NCBI RefSeq assembly: GCF_020745735.1
Contig: NC_083410.1
Span: 15,350,117-15,414,116 of the forward strand
Direction: 5' to 3'
Origin: Hemiscyllium ocellatum
Taxonomy: Eukaryota
DNA length: 64,000 nt
Part shown: positions 1-12,960 of the stretch, one piece after another
Layout: each line of letters starts with the position of its first letter
How positions within the stretch are numbered: the first letter of the stretch is position 1
The notes under the pieces: model-generated
What the model saw: the letters and a program-made list of their open reading frames with translations, nothing else
Databases searched by the model: none
Told to the model about the DNA's origin: nothing
Program-made: the position numbers and the translations under genes

Positions 1-414
1 GGATTCAGGTCAGAACAGTCAAGGATATTGGCCTGAAACATGACAGCTGTTCTGTGCTCTCTCTGTCTTTGCACAGTTGCTGCCTGGGATATTGAGTGTC
101 TTGTGTCCGATTTTGACCTGTAGCATTCTGCCCTTCAGAGAAGCTGCATCTTGTGATGGAATGCTGGGACAGAAAAGGTTTGTCCACAGAAATAGTCACT
201 TTATTTGTGAGCGTGGAGGCTGCAAACTGCTCTCATGTTATTCATTCCAGTGAATCCATCAACCCCTTCTGATCCATAGTCTGAGGCATGGCCAAGCCTC
301 CCCGATCACCTTCTGGAGTTGTGATTGGTGGGACCATTCGAACCTTGCTGCCAAGCAGTTTTTGTTAGTGTTTCAGACTCACATGCCTACACTTTCACCA
401 CCTCCCAGCTCCCT

Positions 415-510
415 AATCACCTGGTGAAGGAGCATCGCTGCGAAAGCTAGTGTGTTTCCAATTAAACCTGTTGGACCATAACCTGTTGTTGTGTGATTTG
501 TAACTTTGTA
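415..510 (+). mobile_element. Second family of hammerhead-like mini-element
   Basis: CTGGTGA-A-GGAGC-ATC-GCTGC-GAAAG-CTA at 421-449; 9-bp TSD cagctccct at 406-414 and 511-519; body shared with 9676-9730. Confidence 0.65.
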
Positions 511-763
511 CAGCTCCCTCATGTTCACCTCCTTTCTGCTTGCCAACCATTCTTATTGCTGCAACAGGCCACATGTTGAGCATCATGTGCTCTGAGAGCT
601 TGATTTGATTTATGACTGTCACGTGTATGGAAGTACAGTGAAAACTGTCGTCTTACGTGCTTAGCTGGCCGATTATACCAAATAAATGTGTCAGGCTAAC
701 AGAGCAGAGTGCAGCATGCAATGTTACTGCTGCTGAATAGATGCAGAGAGAGATTAACGTTAA

Positions 764-986
764 GGAGAAAGTGAGGAAGGCAGATGCTCGACCTCACAGT
801 TGCGAGTGAGGTGCTGGAAAAGCACAGCAGGTCAGGCAGCCCCTGAGGAGCAGGGGAATTGATGTATCTGGCAAAAGCCCTTCATCAGGAAAGCCCTGAT
901 GAAGGGCTTATGCCTGAAACATCGATTGTCTTGCTCCTCAGATGCTGCCTGATCCACTGTGCTTTTCCAACATGACACTCTCAACT
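764..986. mobile_element. Palindromic PLE-terminus mini-element
   Basis: Head-to-head inverted arms meeting at about 890; degenerate hammerhead cores on both strands. Confidence 0.75.
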
Positions 987-1202
987 GTGAGGTCCATTCA
1001 GAAGTCTGATAACAACAGGGAAGAAGCTGGCCTTGAATCTGTTCATAAGTGTATTCTTTATCTTCTGCTTGATGGAAGACGGTGGAAGACTGGATAAGGG
1101 GGGTGGGGTGGGAGGAGTCTTTGAATTCCCAAGGCAGTGGGAAGTATGGATGAAGTCAGTGGATAGGAAGCTGGCTTGTGTGATGGACTGTAGTCTCTTT
1201 CA

Positions 1203-1412
1203 AGATTAGAGTGGTGCTAGAAAAGCGCAGCAGGTCAGGCAGCATCCAAGGAGCAGGAAAATTGACATTTCAGGCAAAAGCCCTTCATCAGGAATGTGTT
1301 TGCTCAAAACATCGATTTTTCCTGCTCCTCGGATGCTGCCTGACCTGCTGTGCTTTTCCAGCACCACTCTAATCTTGATTCTAACCTCCAGCATCTACAG
1401 TACCCACTTCTG
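1203..1412. mobile_element. Palindromic PLE-terminus mini-element
   Basis: Inverted arms; TSD tgtagtYtctttca at 1189-1202 and 1413-1426. Confidence 0.8.
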
Positions 1413-2939
1413 TGTAGTTTCTTTCAGTCTGTTGACTGAATGAACTGGAGGCTGTTTACGTAAATGTGAAACTGATAATTTGCAAACTGGGAAAACCACA
1501 CCATACATGGAGTTCTGCCAGTCCTCTGGGATTCCTTTTCCATATAAACGATTCTCTATAATCAAAGAGTTATCTGCAGAACATAAATTGTGGCCTGTAG
1601 TTGAAGGATTTGGATTTAGTTTTAGAAGTGACCGATATAATTTATTCAAGATCACCCCCCCCCCCCTCCCCATTCAATCAAGTGATGTGTCCCATAGATT
1701 CATTATGGCACAGAATTTAGTCCATCAAATCGTGTAGAGAATCCAGTGAGTCCCATTTCCTGAAAATGGAGGGGATGTGTGCAGTAGGATTTGCTCCTCC
1801 CCCGCCCCCCCCTGACGTTCCAGCCTTCAGGCCCCCTGTGCCTGAGGCACCCACACCTGTACAGTGGGTGACCAACCCATGTGTTCGAACGATAAATCAG
1901 TCCCTAATTGTGCAGCGATAAGCAATGTGAACCCCATGCTAGCTCCAGAGCTTGACAACACATTTCACCAGCACCTTTCCATTGGGCCCCCTGTATTCCC
2001 AGCACCACTGGGATTGGCCAGACAAACCTATAAGTCAGGAACAGGGGTATATCCTCCAGCCTGCTCTACCATTCAGCCACCAGCCTCCAAAAACCTTTCA
2101 CAAATCTTTGCTCATCAAGAAACTTTCCATCTCAACCTTAAAAATATAGAGATACGTCAACTTGCACCTTTTCAAAAATCCCTCACCCTTTGTGGAAGAT
2201 AAAAAAAAACTAAAAGTCCATGCAGTTCCGGCCTTGACGGCTGGTTTGACACTGATACAGGCCTTGTGTCATCACTGAGATCCAACTGTGTAATACCATC
2301 AGCCTCCACTTGCCCCACAGTCCTCAGTTGTGTTCCCTCTGGAAGTGACTGCTGCACGGCCCTGTTTCGGAATTGGATTTTATTTGGAGTGCGAGACAGC
2401 TGAAGGCTGACCCATTTGAGGTAATGCTTCCCCTGCACAAGGAGCCTGTCAGTGCTGGGTCATATGATATTGCTGGCTGGCCCATTGTTGGGAGAGTTGG
2501 CTTTTAATTATTAGATAGCATCTTACTAAATGGCCTCTTTTGTAACTGTAAAAACAATATATCACTTTACAGCACCACTTACTGCACTATTTCCTTGTTT
2601 AAATAAACCTCAGGAGCTACTGGATGTTGGCCAAGGTTGATAAGATGTGTTGAAAGCTCTTGGCTTCGAGTAAGATGCCAGCACTTTTCTGGGGGAGTGC
2701 TCCAAGGAGTTTGTTTCCCCACCCCGTCCATCCTTCCCCACTCAGTCTTTTTAAAAATCATGTTAGGAGTTGATCCCCCGAGTGAATTCCTTCTACTATG
2801 TATGTGGGAACAGTGACAGACAGATAACCAGTCTCTGGTCCAGACTGCCTTGTAAAGTCTCAATCCTCCCAGTACCATAGCTTACCCTTCCTCCCACTGC
2901 CTGAATCCAGGGTGATCTCCTGGGCGAGTCAGACATATT

Positions 2940-3121
2940 GTCGAGTCGAGAGCGTGGTGCTGGAAAAGCACAGCAGGTCAGGCAGCATCCGAGTGCCCCA
3001 TTCCTAATGAGGGCTCATGCCCAAAACATTGATTTTCCTGCTCCTCGGATGCTGCCTGACCTGCTGTGCTTTTCCAGCACCACACACTCAACTCTGATCT
3101 CCATGTCCTCACTTTCCCCAT
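2940..3121. mobile_element. Partly palindromic PLE-terminus mini-element
   Basis: TSD gtcagaMatatt at 2928-2939 and 3122-3133. Confidence 0.8.
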
Positions 3122-4034
3122 GTCAGAAATATTCCCAAGCCAACTTGGGAAAACAAATACAACTGGGAAATTGTGCACTGATGCCTATAGAAGAACACTA
3201 CTAGTCCAGGGATCACTTTATTCTTGTGGTGCAGTGGTAGTATTCCTATCTCTGAGCCAGGAGGCTGGGTTCAAGTCCTGTCTGCTTCAGGTGTGTGTAA
3301 TAACATCTCTGAATGAGTTGATTGACAAGAACTCTGTTCTGGCCTACTTTGCTGTGATAAGGGTGTCCATCTCAAAATGGCTACAGCTCAGGAGGAGGCC
3401 ATTTGGACCATCATCTCTGTGTTGGAAACGGTCTCTGCTGCGGCCTGGAGTAAGCCCATCTGTAGCCTGAAGGGATCCAATGAATCAGTGTCCACCATGT
3501 AAGAGATGGCAATCTGTTCCAGTGATCCAGTGTTTTCTTGGGGTTGAAGGATGACCAACTCCTGACATTTTCCCTAGAAATCCTGACGGCGGAAGATGTT
3601 CCACTCGGTCTATTTGGTGTAAGTCCCACTAGGGGGTTGCTCAGGTGCTGGAGTCTTACTGCAAAAAGGAACTTTTCATTTACTCCCCATCATGACACAA
3701 TCACACGAAAGCCTAACCTCAAAGGAACAGTATACTGCACAAGAAGAAAGGACTGATTCTTTAGTAATTGGGCTCTGGTGGTGAATGCATTGCCAGGGAG
3801 TATGTACCAAGGAATGGTTGATCACTTTGTTTCACATCCTGTGTTGCTGGACAGTGTCACCTCAGTTGAAAGAGTCTCTGGACTCCAGGACATCAGCCTC
3901 AATACAGTGGTTTTCAAGAGTTGCCATGGGTCTCATTCACTTGTCAGAAGCCCTGCATTTGCTAAGTCTGGGTACCAAAATGATTCCATTTTAAATAAAA
4001 TAAGTAATAATACAAGAAAGAATTACACATTTTA

Positions 4035-4317
4035 TTTAGATTAGATTACTTACTGTGTGGAAACAGGGCCCTTCGGCCCAACAAGTCCACACCGACCCTC
4101 CGAAGAGCACCCACACAGACCCGTTCCCCTACACCTAACACTACAGGCAATTTAGCACGGCCAATTCACCCAACCTGCACATTTTTTTGGACTATGGGAG
4201 GAAACCCACGCAGACACAGGGAGAATGTGCAAACTCCACACAGACAGTTGCCTGAGGTGGGAATTGAACCCAGGTCTCTGGCACTGTGAGGCAGCAGTGC
4301 TAACCACTGTGCCACCC
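4035..4317 (-). mobile_element. HE1-like tRNA-derived V-SINE
   Basis: tRNA-like head (gtggcacagtggttagcactgc..ggttcaattcc), conserved central domain, CR1-like 3' end and (taatc)n tail. Confidence 0.85.
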
Positions 4318-5339
4318 ATTTATATGATACCCTGAAATGCGTAGTAATGAACAAAGCCTATTGGATGTGAAAGTGCTGCAGTCAGTGTGCTCTCAGTAAT
4401 GTAACAATCTGACCGTGTTGCCAAGAAGTTGGGATAGGCATTGGTCAGCAGGCAGCGAAGTTAACCCCTGCCATTCCTGAAACAGTGCTATGGTTTCTTT
4501 GCCTTCCAAACTGAGAGAAAAGACAGGCCCTTGGTTCAGTGACTCATCCAAAAGTTGGGCTCCTCCAGCAGTGCAACACTCCCACACCACCACACTGGAG
4601 AGTTGCCCTGGGTTAGTATATCGTGTGGGCTCTGGTACCCCGACCTTTCTGACCGAGTGCTACCCACTGAACTGCATTAGGACGGTAGCTGTGTACTCAA
4701 GGATGGCAGGGATATGTTGGTAAGGGAATGTGTGATGAAATAAGTGGGGTGGAAGCAGGTGTACATACACCAGACCAGGCTTGCTGGGCTGAATGACCTT
4801 TGCCTATGCTGTAATTCCTGTTGCGCATCTGTTGGCTCCTCTCAGGATGGTCATCAGAGGGTGAATCAACACCTTCAGGAATTGAGGGGAGTGTTTTGGC
4901 AAGGCCCTTGAAGACAGGCCATCATAGCCATGGGCGTCCTCAGAAACACCCTCATGTGAGCCGCTAAGAAGGGATGAGAGGTACGTTTTCCATTCTGCCT
5001 TTTTGTGGATCACCGGGAAGGAGGAAGCCTACAGTCTTCCCGTACCTCACCAAGATGGATGCCTGGAGGGACCTTCTGTCTGACAGAAATCTAAAGCCTT
5101 AACCCTGTTACTCTCTTATAGAAGATAGGAGTAGGAATTGGCCACTTGGCCCTTTGGGTCAGCTCTGCCATTCTTTATGATCATGGATGATTGTCTAACT
5201 CAATACCCTGTTCCCACTTTCTCCTGATATGCCCTGAGAACGATGTAAAAAGCATCCAATGTTTTGGCCTCAACCTCTTTCTGTAATTGAGAATCTGGGT
5301 GAAGAAATTTATCCTCATCTTAGTCCTTAATAGCTTAGA

Positions 5340-6430
5340 TCACACGGAATCCAGGAAGAGCCGCCCTAACCATTTGGATACAAATTTGGCTCGAAGGTAG
5401 GAGACAGAGAGTAGTGGTGGAGGATTGTTTTTCAGACTGGAGGCCTGTGACCAGTGGAGTGCCACAAGGATCGGTGCTGGGTCCATTGCTTTTTGTCATT
5501 TATAAATGATCTGGATGTGAATATACGAGGAATGGTTCGTAAGTTTGCAGAGGATATCAAAATCGGTGGTATAATGGACAGTGAAGAAAGCTATTTTAGA
5601 GTACAATGGGACCTTGATCAGCTGTGCCAGTGGGCGGAGATGACACATGGAGTTTAATTTAGATAAATTTGATATGCTGCATTTTGGAAAGGCAAATCAG
5701 GGCAGGACTTACTCAGAATTGTACTGGGGGGTATTGCTGAACAAAGAGAACTTGGGGTGCAGGTTCCCAGTTCCTTGAAGATGGAGTCACATGTAGTCAG
5801 GGCAGTGAAGAAGGTGTTTGGTGTATTTGCGTTTATTGGATTGAGTACAGGAGTTGGGATAAAGTGAGAACTGCAGATATAGGAGTTGGGAGGTCATGCT
5901 GTGACTGTACAGGAGATTGGTTAGGCCACCTTTTGAAGACAACGTTCAGTTCTGGCCTTTCTGCTATAGGAAGGATGCTGTGAAACTTGAAAGGCTGCAG
6001 AAGTGATTTACAAGGGTGTTGCCAGGGTTGGAGGATTTGAGCTATAGGGAGAGGTTAAATAGGCTGAGGCTGTTTTCCCTGGACCGTCGGAGGCTGAGGG
6101 ATGACATTATAGAGGTTTACAAAATTATGAGGGGCATGAATAGGGTCAACATCTTTAGGGTGAGAGGGAAGCCATTTAAAAGAGACCTAAGGGGCAACCT
6201 TTTCATGCAGAGGGTGGTGCATGTATGAAATGAGCTGCCAGAAGAAGTGGTGGAGGCTGGTACGATTACAACATTTGAAAGGCACCTGGATGGATACATC
6301 AATAGGAAGAGTTTGGAGGGATATGGGCCAAGCGTTGGTAAACGGGACTGGATTATATGAAGATATCTGGTTGGCATGGATGAGTTGGACTGAAGGGTCT
6401 GTTTCCATGCTGTACATCTCTGTGACTCTG
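5340..6430 (+). mobile_element. CR1/HER1-type LINE, 5'-truncated and decayed
   Basis: Remnants of [14 protein letters not shown] and MLPGLEDLSYRERLNRL; typical 3' end gactgaagggtctgtttcc...tgactct. Confidence 0.85.
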
Positions 6431-7434
6431 CAACTATGTCTAATTCCTTGAAAACATTCAGTGTTTTGGTCTCTGAAATTTCTCCTCATTTTAGTCCTGA
6501 ATAGAGTACCCCACGTCCTTAGACTGTGACCCTTGTTCTGGAACCTTCCTAGTTGTTTCCATAGACTGTCCTGGACATGCTGAGCTTTTCCAGCTATGTT
6601 TTTAATTGTTAATCTCAGATTTCCCAGCATTTGCGATCTTTTGCTTCTGTCTTGTTGCGTACTCTTGTGTATTGTGATCACGTGGCTCTGACAGCGAAAG
6701 CTTCCTGCTGGAGGAGCTGAGATGTGACCGAGTTTGGATTGTTGACGTGGAAGAAGTTGGGGTTGGGATGGAGGGTTAGGTACAGTGGGAAGCATCAGCA
6801 GTCTCCACTGCTCCATTATCTGCCTCCCAGTATCTGCATTGATCGTCAGGCTTAATGTGAATTTAACTCAACACATTCCTAGACGTACACTTGAAAGACT
6901 CATGGAGGATGAATAAATTCTTTCATTCTCATTCTTAGCTGCTGATCACAGCTCTCGATTCAGATGATTCATTACACAATAATACCTCAGCAAACCGACC
7001 TTGTTTCCTGTGAGAGTTTAATGGTGATGTATTTAATTCTCAGTCCTTTCTGTATCTCTTTTCCATTTGGTCTGATTAATTGTGGATGAAGTACTGCCAG
7101 CCTACACACAATGTGGGTCTGTTATTTAAAAGACCTGAATGCCCAACTGTCTCCTCCCAAATTCATTTAGTTCTTTCTTAAACAAAATCTACACACCCGA
7201 TGGGATAGGCCCTGCTCATGGAATCACACAAACAGAAGGAGGCCATTCAACCCATCAGCTCCTTGAAAGCATTATCTAATCAGTACCACTCCCCATCCCT
7301 TTCCAACACAACTGTACAACTGATTTTGTTTTCCCTTTCATGGACTGTGGTTCAGTAGTTGAAGAAATGCAGTTGGAGGTGCTGTCTTTCAAATGGAAGT
7401 ACAAACCGAAAAAACAACAACTCACCCTCTCAAG

Positions 7435-7548
7435 TAACACGACACATCGCCAGACCATAGCAACACGACACATCGCCACACCATAGCAACACGATACATC
7501 GCCAGACCATAGCAACATGACACATAGCCAGACCATAGCAACACGACA
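7435..7548 (+). repeat. 26-bp tandem repeat (about 4.4 units) derived from PLE internal sequence
   Basis: Unit caacacgacacatcgccagaccatag; matches 7691-7715 of the adjacent PLE fragment. Confidence 0.9.
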
Positions 7549-8116
7549 ATGGGGAGACAGGCCGTCTACTTGCGGAACGTTTCAGAGAACACCTCTGGGA
7601 CACCTGGATCAACCAACCCAACCACCCCCTGGCTCAACACTTCAACTCCCCTCCCACTCCACCAAGGACATGCAGGTCCTTGGACTCCTCCATTGCCAGA
7701 CCATAGCAACACGACGGCTGCAGGAAGAGCGCCTCATCTTCCGCCTAGGAACCCTCCAACCACAAGGGATGAACTCAGATTTCTCCAGTTTCCTCATTTC
7801 CCCTCCCCCCACCTTGTCTCAGTCCCAACCCTCGAACTCAGCACCACCTTCCTAACCTGCAATCTTCTTCCTGGCCTCTCCGCCCCCACCCCCACTCCGG
7901 CCTATCACCCTCACCTCATCACCCTCACCTTAACCCCCTTCCACCTATTGCATTTCCAACGCCTCTCCCCCAAGTCCCTCCTCCCTACCTTTTATCTTGG
8001 CCTGCTTGGCACACTTTCCTCATTCCTGAAGAAGGGCTCATGCCCGAAACGTCGATTCTCCTGCTCCTTGGATGCTGCCTGACCTGCTGCACTTTTCCAG
8101 CAACACATTTTCAGCT
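7549..8116 (+). mobile_element. PLE 3' fragment (GIY-YIG C-terminus + terminal repeat with hammerhead core at 8026-8053)
   Basis: Homologous to 48400-48950 (DMQVLGLLH..RRLQEERLIFRLGTLQPQGMNSDF); contains CTGAAGA-A-GGGC-TCAT-GCCC-GAAAC-GTC. Confidence 0.88.
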
Positions 8117-9529
8117 CCCCCTTAAGCAGACTCAGAAAGAAGACAGTTGATTCTATTTAAGGGGAAAACAGTGCCATTTCCCCGGTCAATGTGGATTCCA
8201 CATCCAACATCACCAAAGTGGATTGTCACATCATTGTCACAGTGGGGGCTTGCTTCACACAAATTGGCTGAAATCTTTCTTAAAGTGACTACACTTTGAA
8301 AACTATTCTATTTGGCTGTAAAGTGTTTTGGGACCTTCTGCAGTCTTAAAGGTGCTACATAAAATCAGATGATTCAGTCTTGTTTCTTCACTTCTCTTTG
8401 GAGATTTATCTTGAGTTTGCATCAACAGTGTTTCCAGTGATGTGTCCCAGATCACAACAATTTGCTTCTGCATTTATTTTTTTCCCACGTATCTCCATTG
8501 ATCCTTTTTCTCAGTTATCTTAAACCTGTCTCTGCTGTCCCTCCTGCCAATTTTGTCTTGTTTACTCAATCAGAACCCTTCATAAATCTGAGCAGCTCAC
8601 CAAATCTCTGCATGATCTATTTTGTTCAAAGTTCTCAGTTTCCCTAGTCTCTCCACGTGCAGTTGCAGTAAACAGTTCACCACCTGCTCTGGCAAGCCCT
8701 CTCTCCTTCCTGAAGTGTTTGTGATCTCACCCACAGTAAGGTGGGTGTTTATTATGGCTGTTATTTCACGAATACGAATCCCCAAAGTCAAATGATCACC
8801 TCTTCACATGCTGAGTTCAAGGTGATCTAATTCTTGATTTACCTTCAGGTTATTTCCCCTTGTGGGTGGGTGAGTCTAGGACCAGAGGGTAGAATCTCAG
8901 AACATTGTACATTTAAGATAGAGTCGTGAAGGTAAACAGCATCAAAGGAAGCTCTTCAGCCCAACCCGTCCATTCTAACCAGCTTTCCTAACTGAACTAG
9001 TCCCATTTTCTGCATTTCCCTAAACCTTTCCTATCCATGTACATGTCCAAATGTCTTTTTTTATGTTGTAATTGTACTCACTTCTATCACTTCCTCTGGC
9101 AGCTCCATTCCACACACACACCACCCTCTGTGTAAAAGAGTTGCCCCTCAGGTTCATTTTAAATCTTTCCCCTCTCACCTTAAACCGAATTTTGGACTGC
9201 GCTACTTTGCTAGAGATAAGAAGGAATTTAATCTCTCAGAGATTTGTGAATCTGTGGGATTCTTTACATGGAGGGTTGTGAAGGCTGGGTCATTAAGTAT
9301 ATTCAAGGCTGAGATAGACTGAATTTTAATCAGTCAGGGGATCGAGGGTCATAGGGAAAAGGCAGGAAAGCAGAGTTGAAGATTACCAGATCAGTCATGA
9401 TCTCATTGAATGGTGGAACAAGCTCAATGGGCAGAATGGTCTACTTGTGCTGCTACATCTTATTGTGTCAAAAACCTGCTTTCTTTCGATCATTTCAGTT
9501 CTTGGGTGTTTGTTGGGTCTTTCTCACAG

Positions 9530-9593
9530 TTGAAAATGTGTTGCTGGTCAAAGCACAGCAGGCCAGGCAGCATCTCAGGAATAGAGACTACTA
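9530..9593 (-). mobile_element. Short PLE-terminus insertion (same subfamily as 48890-48950)
   Basis: 11-bp TSD ctttctcacag at 9519-9529 and 9594-9604. Confidence 0.8.
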
Positions 9594-9675
9594 CTTTCTC
9601 ACAGATGTCCTGGGATTGAAAGAATCGTGTGGGAGTGAGAGGTGGGTTTGAATCGACTCATTGTATAAAATGGTG

Positions 9676-9730
9676 ATGATTTGGAGATCCCTGTTGGACT
9701 ATACCCTGGTGTTGTGTGATTTTTAACTTC
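9676..9730 (+). mobile_element. Second-family mini-element remnant
   Basis: cctgttggactataccctggtgttgtgtgatttttaactt as in 467-506; 11-bp TSD ataaaatggtg at 9665-9675 and 9731-9741. Confidence 0.7.
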
Positions 9731-10165
9731 ATAAAATGGTGGAGAGCATGTGCTGAAGAACATATTACTAGGGTTACACAGGCACCTTATGTGCTTTTAG
9801 CAGGATATTTTCCCTGAAGTGACAATGCTCATGGGATCCCTTGCAAAATAAGAAACCGGGTTTGGATAACGTGGTGTTGAAAGATGCCAAAGAATTTTAT
9901 TGCAGCTAGCTTTTAGATACAGTTATTCTACAAGCACAAAGGTATCTGAGCGAATTAACCAATTTGGATACAAAAGAGGAACATCTTTGAACATAGTGCT
10001 ATGCGTCAAGTGATCTCACGTAAGATGCTGTCTGAGACCTTTATACCCCGTGCAACATGCTATGGTAAGGTGATTATATCATGAGCATGTCTCTTAGAGG
10101 CATGCTCTTACAGGTATTCTGACTGAGCTATCCCACTGCAGCACCAAACATGGCCACCCCTTACG

Positions 10166-10500
10166 CATGGCTCAGTGGTTAGCACTGCTGCCTCACAGTG
10201 GCAGGGGCCTAGGTTCGATTCTACCCTCGGGTGATTCTCTGTGCAGAATTTGCACATTCTCCTCTGGTCTGCGTGGGTTTCCTCCGGCTCCTCTGGTTTC
10301 CTCCCACATTCCATACAAAGATGTACAGGTTAGAGTGGATTGGCCATGCTAAATTGCTCATAGGATCCAGGGTGTATAGGCTAGGTGGGTTAGCCATGGG
10401 AAATACAGGGTGGCAGGGAAAGGATGGGGAATTTGGTCTGGGTGGGAGGTCAGTGTGGACTCAATGGGCCGAATGGCCTGTTTCCACACTGCAGGGATTC
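10166..10500 (+). mobile_element. HE1-like V-SINE
   Basis: Same head, core and tail as the other copies. Confidence 0.82.
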
Positions 10501-10814
10501 GATGATGTTAAAGGAGCGGATAGAGTCCTCAAGGCTTAGGGAGAGAATTCCAACGCTTAGTGCCTACGCAACTGAAGGCTGTCAGTGGGATGTTTAAAAT
10601 TGGGATAACAAAAGAGGACACAATAAAAGGAGCACAGATATCTCAGGGGGTTTACCGAGATAATAGGGGCGAGAGAAGCCGTGGATGGATTCATGGATGA
10701 GGATGACCATTTAGAATTCAGGACAATCTCCCTATTACTGACCACCCCCAGCTCTGAAAATGATTAGGACTTTTTTTTGTTGTTGTATCAGTTTTTAAAA
10801 TTACCAGGCACTGG

Positions 10815-11023
10815 ATTCTGGATTAGAGGTGCTGGAAGAGCACAGCAGTTCAGGCAGCATCCAAGGAGCAGCAAAATCGACGTTTCGGGCAAAAGCCCTT
10901 CATTAGAATAAAGGCAGTGAGCCTGAAGCCTGGAGAGATAAGCTAGAGGAGGGTGGGGGTGGGGAGAAAGTAGCATGGAGTACAGTAGGTGAGTGGGGGA
11001 GGGGATGAAGGTGATAGGTCAGG
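10815..11023 (-). mobile_element. PLE terminal-repeat fragment (related subfamily)
   Basis: The reverse complement has the same pyrimidine-rich 3' region and hammerhead-like core (ctaatgaagggcttttgcccgaaacgtc) as the other PLE ends. Confidence 0.7.
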
Positions 11024-11059
11024 CCAGGCAGCCTCTCGAGGAGCATTATTAATGTTCTC

Positions 11060-11412
11060 ATTTCAGATATTTTTCAATCAACTCCTTCAGAAATGGTATT
11101 ACACAACTCCAGACCAATTGGGACTTGAACCTTCTGGTAGAGTGACAGGGACACTACCATTGCACCACAACAGCACCGCCCCCTCCCCCAATATTCCAGT
11201 TTGTCTCCTTCCTATATATTTCCTAATCATGCTGTACGGAGATGTTATGATACACTCTGGAGCAGATGGGACTTGAACCCAGCTCTTGCTAGAGGTAAGG
11301 ATACTACCATGGTATCACAAGGCCCCCCTTCCATATTTCCATTCAGAGTAGATATTTTTAATCAACGAGTTCAGAAATGTCCTTGCATGATTTTGGAGCA
11401 GGTGAGGCTTTA
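11060..11412 (-). mobile_element. Tandem array of three tRNA-headed SINE units (third unit continues at about 12972-13022)
   Basis: Repeating units with ggacttgaacc (B box on the minus strand) and actaccattgcaccaca (A-box region); a solitary plus-strand copy is at about 3220-3325. Confidence 0.6.
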
Positions 11413-11508
11413 ACCTGCTCCTTGGATGCTGCCTGACCTGCTGTGTTTTTCCAGCACCACTCTAATCTAAACTCTGATTTCTAGCATCTGCAGTCCTCGC
11501 TTTTATAC

Positions 11509-12960
11509 AAGTGAGGTGCCAGAGGACTGGAGGGTTGCTCATGTTGTCCCCCTGTACAAGAAGGATAGTAGGGATATTCTGGGTAACTACAGACCAGTGA
11601 GCCTGACGTCGGTGGTGGGAAAGTTGCTGGAGAAGGTACTGAGGGATAGGATCTATTTATATTTAGAAAAGAATGGGCTTATCAGTGATAGGCAGCATGG
11701 TTTTGTGCAGGGGAGATCATGCCTTACCAACTTAATAGAGTTCTTCGAGGAAGTGACCAAGTTGATAGATGAAGGAAGGGCTGTTGATGTCATATACATG
11801 GACTTTATTAAGGCGTTTGATAAGGTTCCCCATGGTAGACTAATGGAGAAAGTGAAGTCACATGGTGTGCAGGGTGTTCTAGCTAGATGGATAAAGAACT
11901 GGTTGAGCAACAGGAGACAGAGAATAGTAATTGAAGGGAATTTCTCGAAATGGAGAAAGGTGACCAGTGATGTTCCACAGGGGTCAGTGTTGGGGCCACT
12001 GTGTAATATACATAAATGATCTGGAAGAGGGCATTGTTAGTATGATCAGCAAGTTTGCAGATGACATGAAGATTGGTGGAGTAGCAGAAAGCATAAGGGC
12101 CTGTCAGAGAATACAGGAGGATATAGATAGACTGGAGAGTTGGGCAGAAAATTGGCAGCTGGCTTTCAATCCAGACAAATGTGAGGTGATGCATTTAGGC
12201 AAGTCTAATTCTAGAGCAAATTATACATTGAATGGAAGAGCCTTGGGAAAGTTGATGGGCAGAGAGATCTGGGAGTGTAGGTCCATTGTACCCTGAAGGT
12301 AGCTGCACAGGTGGATAGAATGGTCAAGAAGGCACATAGTATGCTTGCCTTTATCGGTCGGGGTATTGAGTATAAGAGCTGGTAAGTCATGTTAAAATTG
12401 TACAAAACATTGGTTCGGCCGCGTTTAGAATACTGTGTACAGTTCTGGGCGTCACATTACCAAAAGGATGTGGACACTTTGGAGAGGATGCAGAGAAGGT
12501 TTACGAAGATGTTGCCTGGTATGGAAGGTGCTAGCTATGAAGAGAGGTTGAGTAAGTTAGGTTTATTGTCATTAGAAAAAAGGAGGTTGGGGGGGGGACC
12601 TGACTGAGGTTTTCAAAATCACCAAGTATATAGACAGGGTGGATTGAGACAAGCTTTTTCACGAGAGGTCATGCTTTCAAGATGAGAGGTGGAAAGTTTA
12701 AGGGGGATACACGCAGTAAATACTTCACACAGAGGGTGGTGGGCCTTTGGAACATGTTGCCAGCAGAAGTGGTAGAGGCAGGCATGATAGATTCATTTAA
12801 GATGTGTCTAGATAAATGCATGAATAGGTGGGGAGTAGAGGGATACAGATGCTTAGGAATTGACCGACAGGTTTAGACAGTATATTTTGATCGGCTCAGG
12901 CTTGGAGGGCCGAAGGGCCTGTTCTTGGACTGTAAATTTTCTTTGTTCTGTGTTCTTTTT
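11509..12960 (+). mobile_element. CR1 LINE, RT domain to 3' tail, frameshifted
   Basis: [73 protein letters not shown]; tail ctttgttctgtgttc. Confidence 0.92.

Noticed and set aside
7435-7548. CRISPR-like array (also considered for 49444-49531 and the minisatellites)
   Set aside because: Units are contiguous with no unique spacers, there are no cas genes, and the context is vertebrate.
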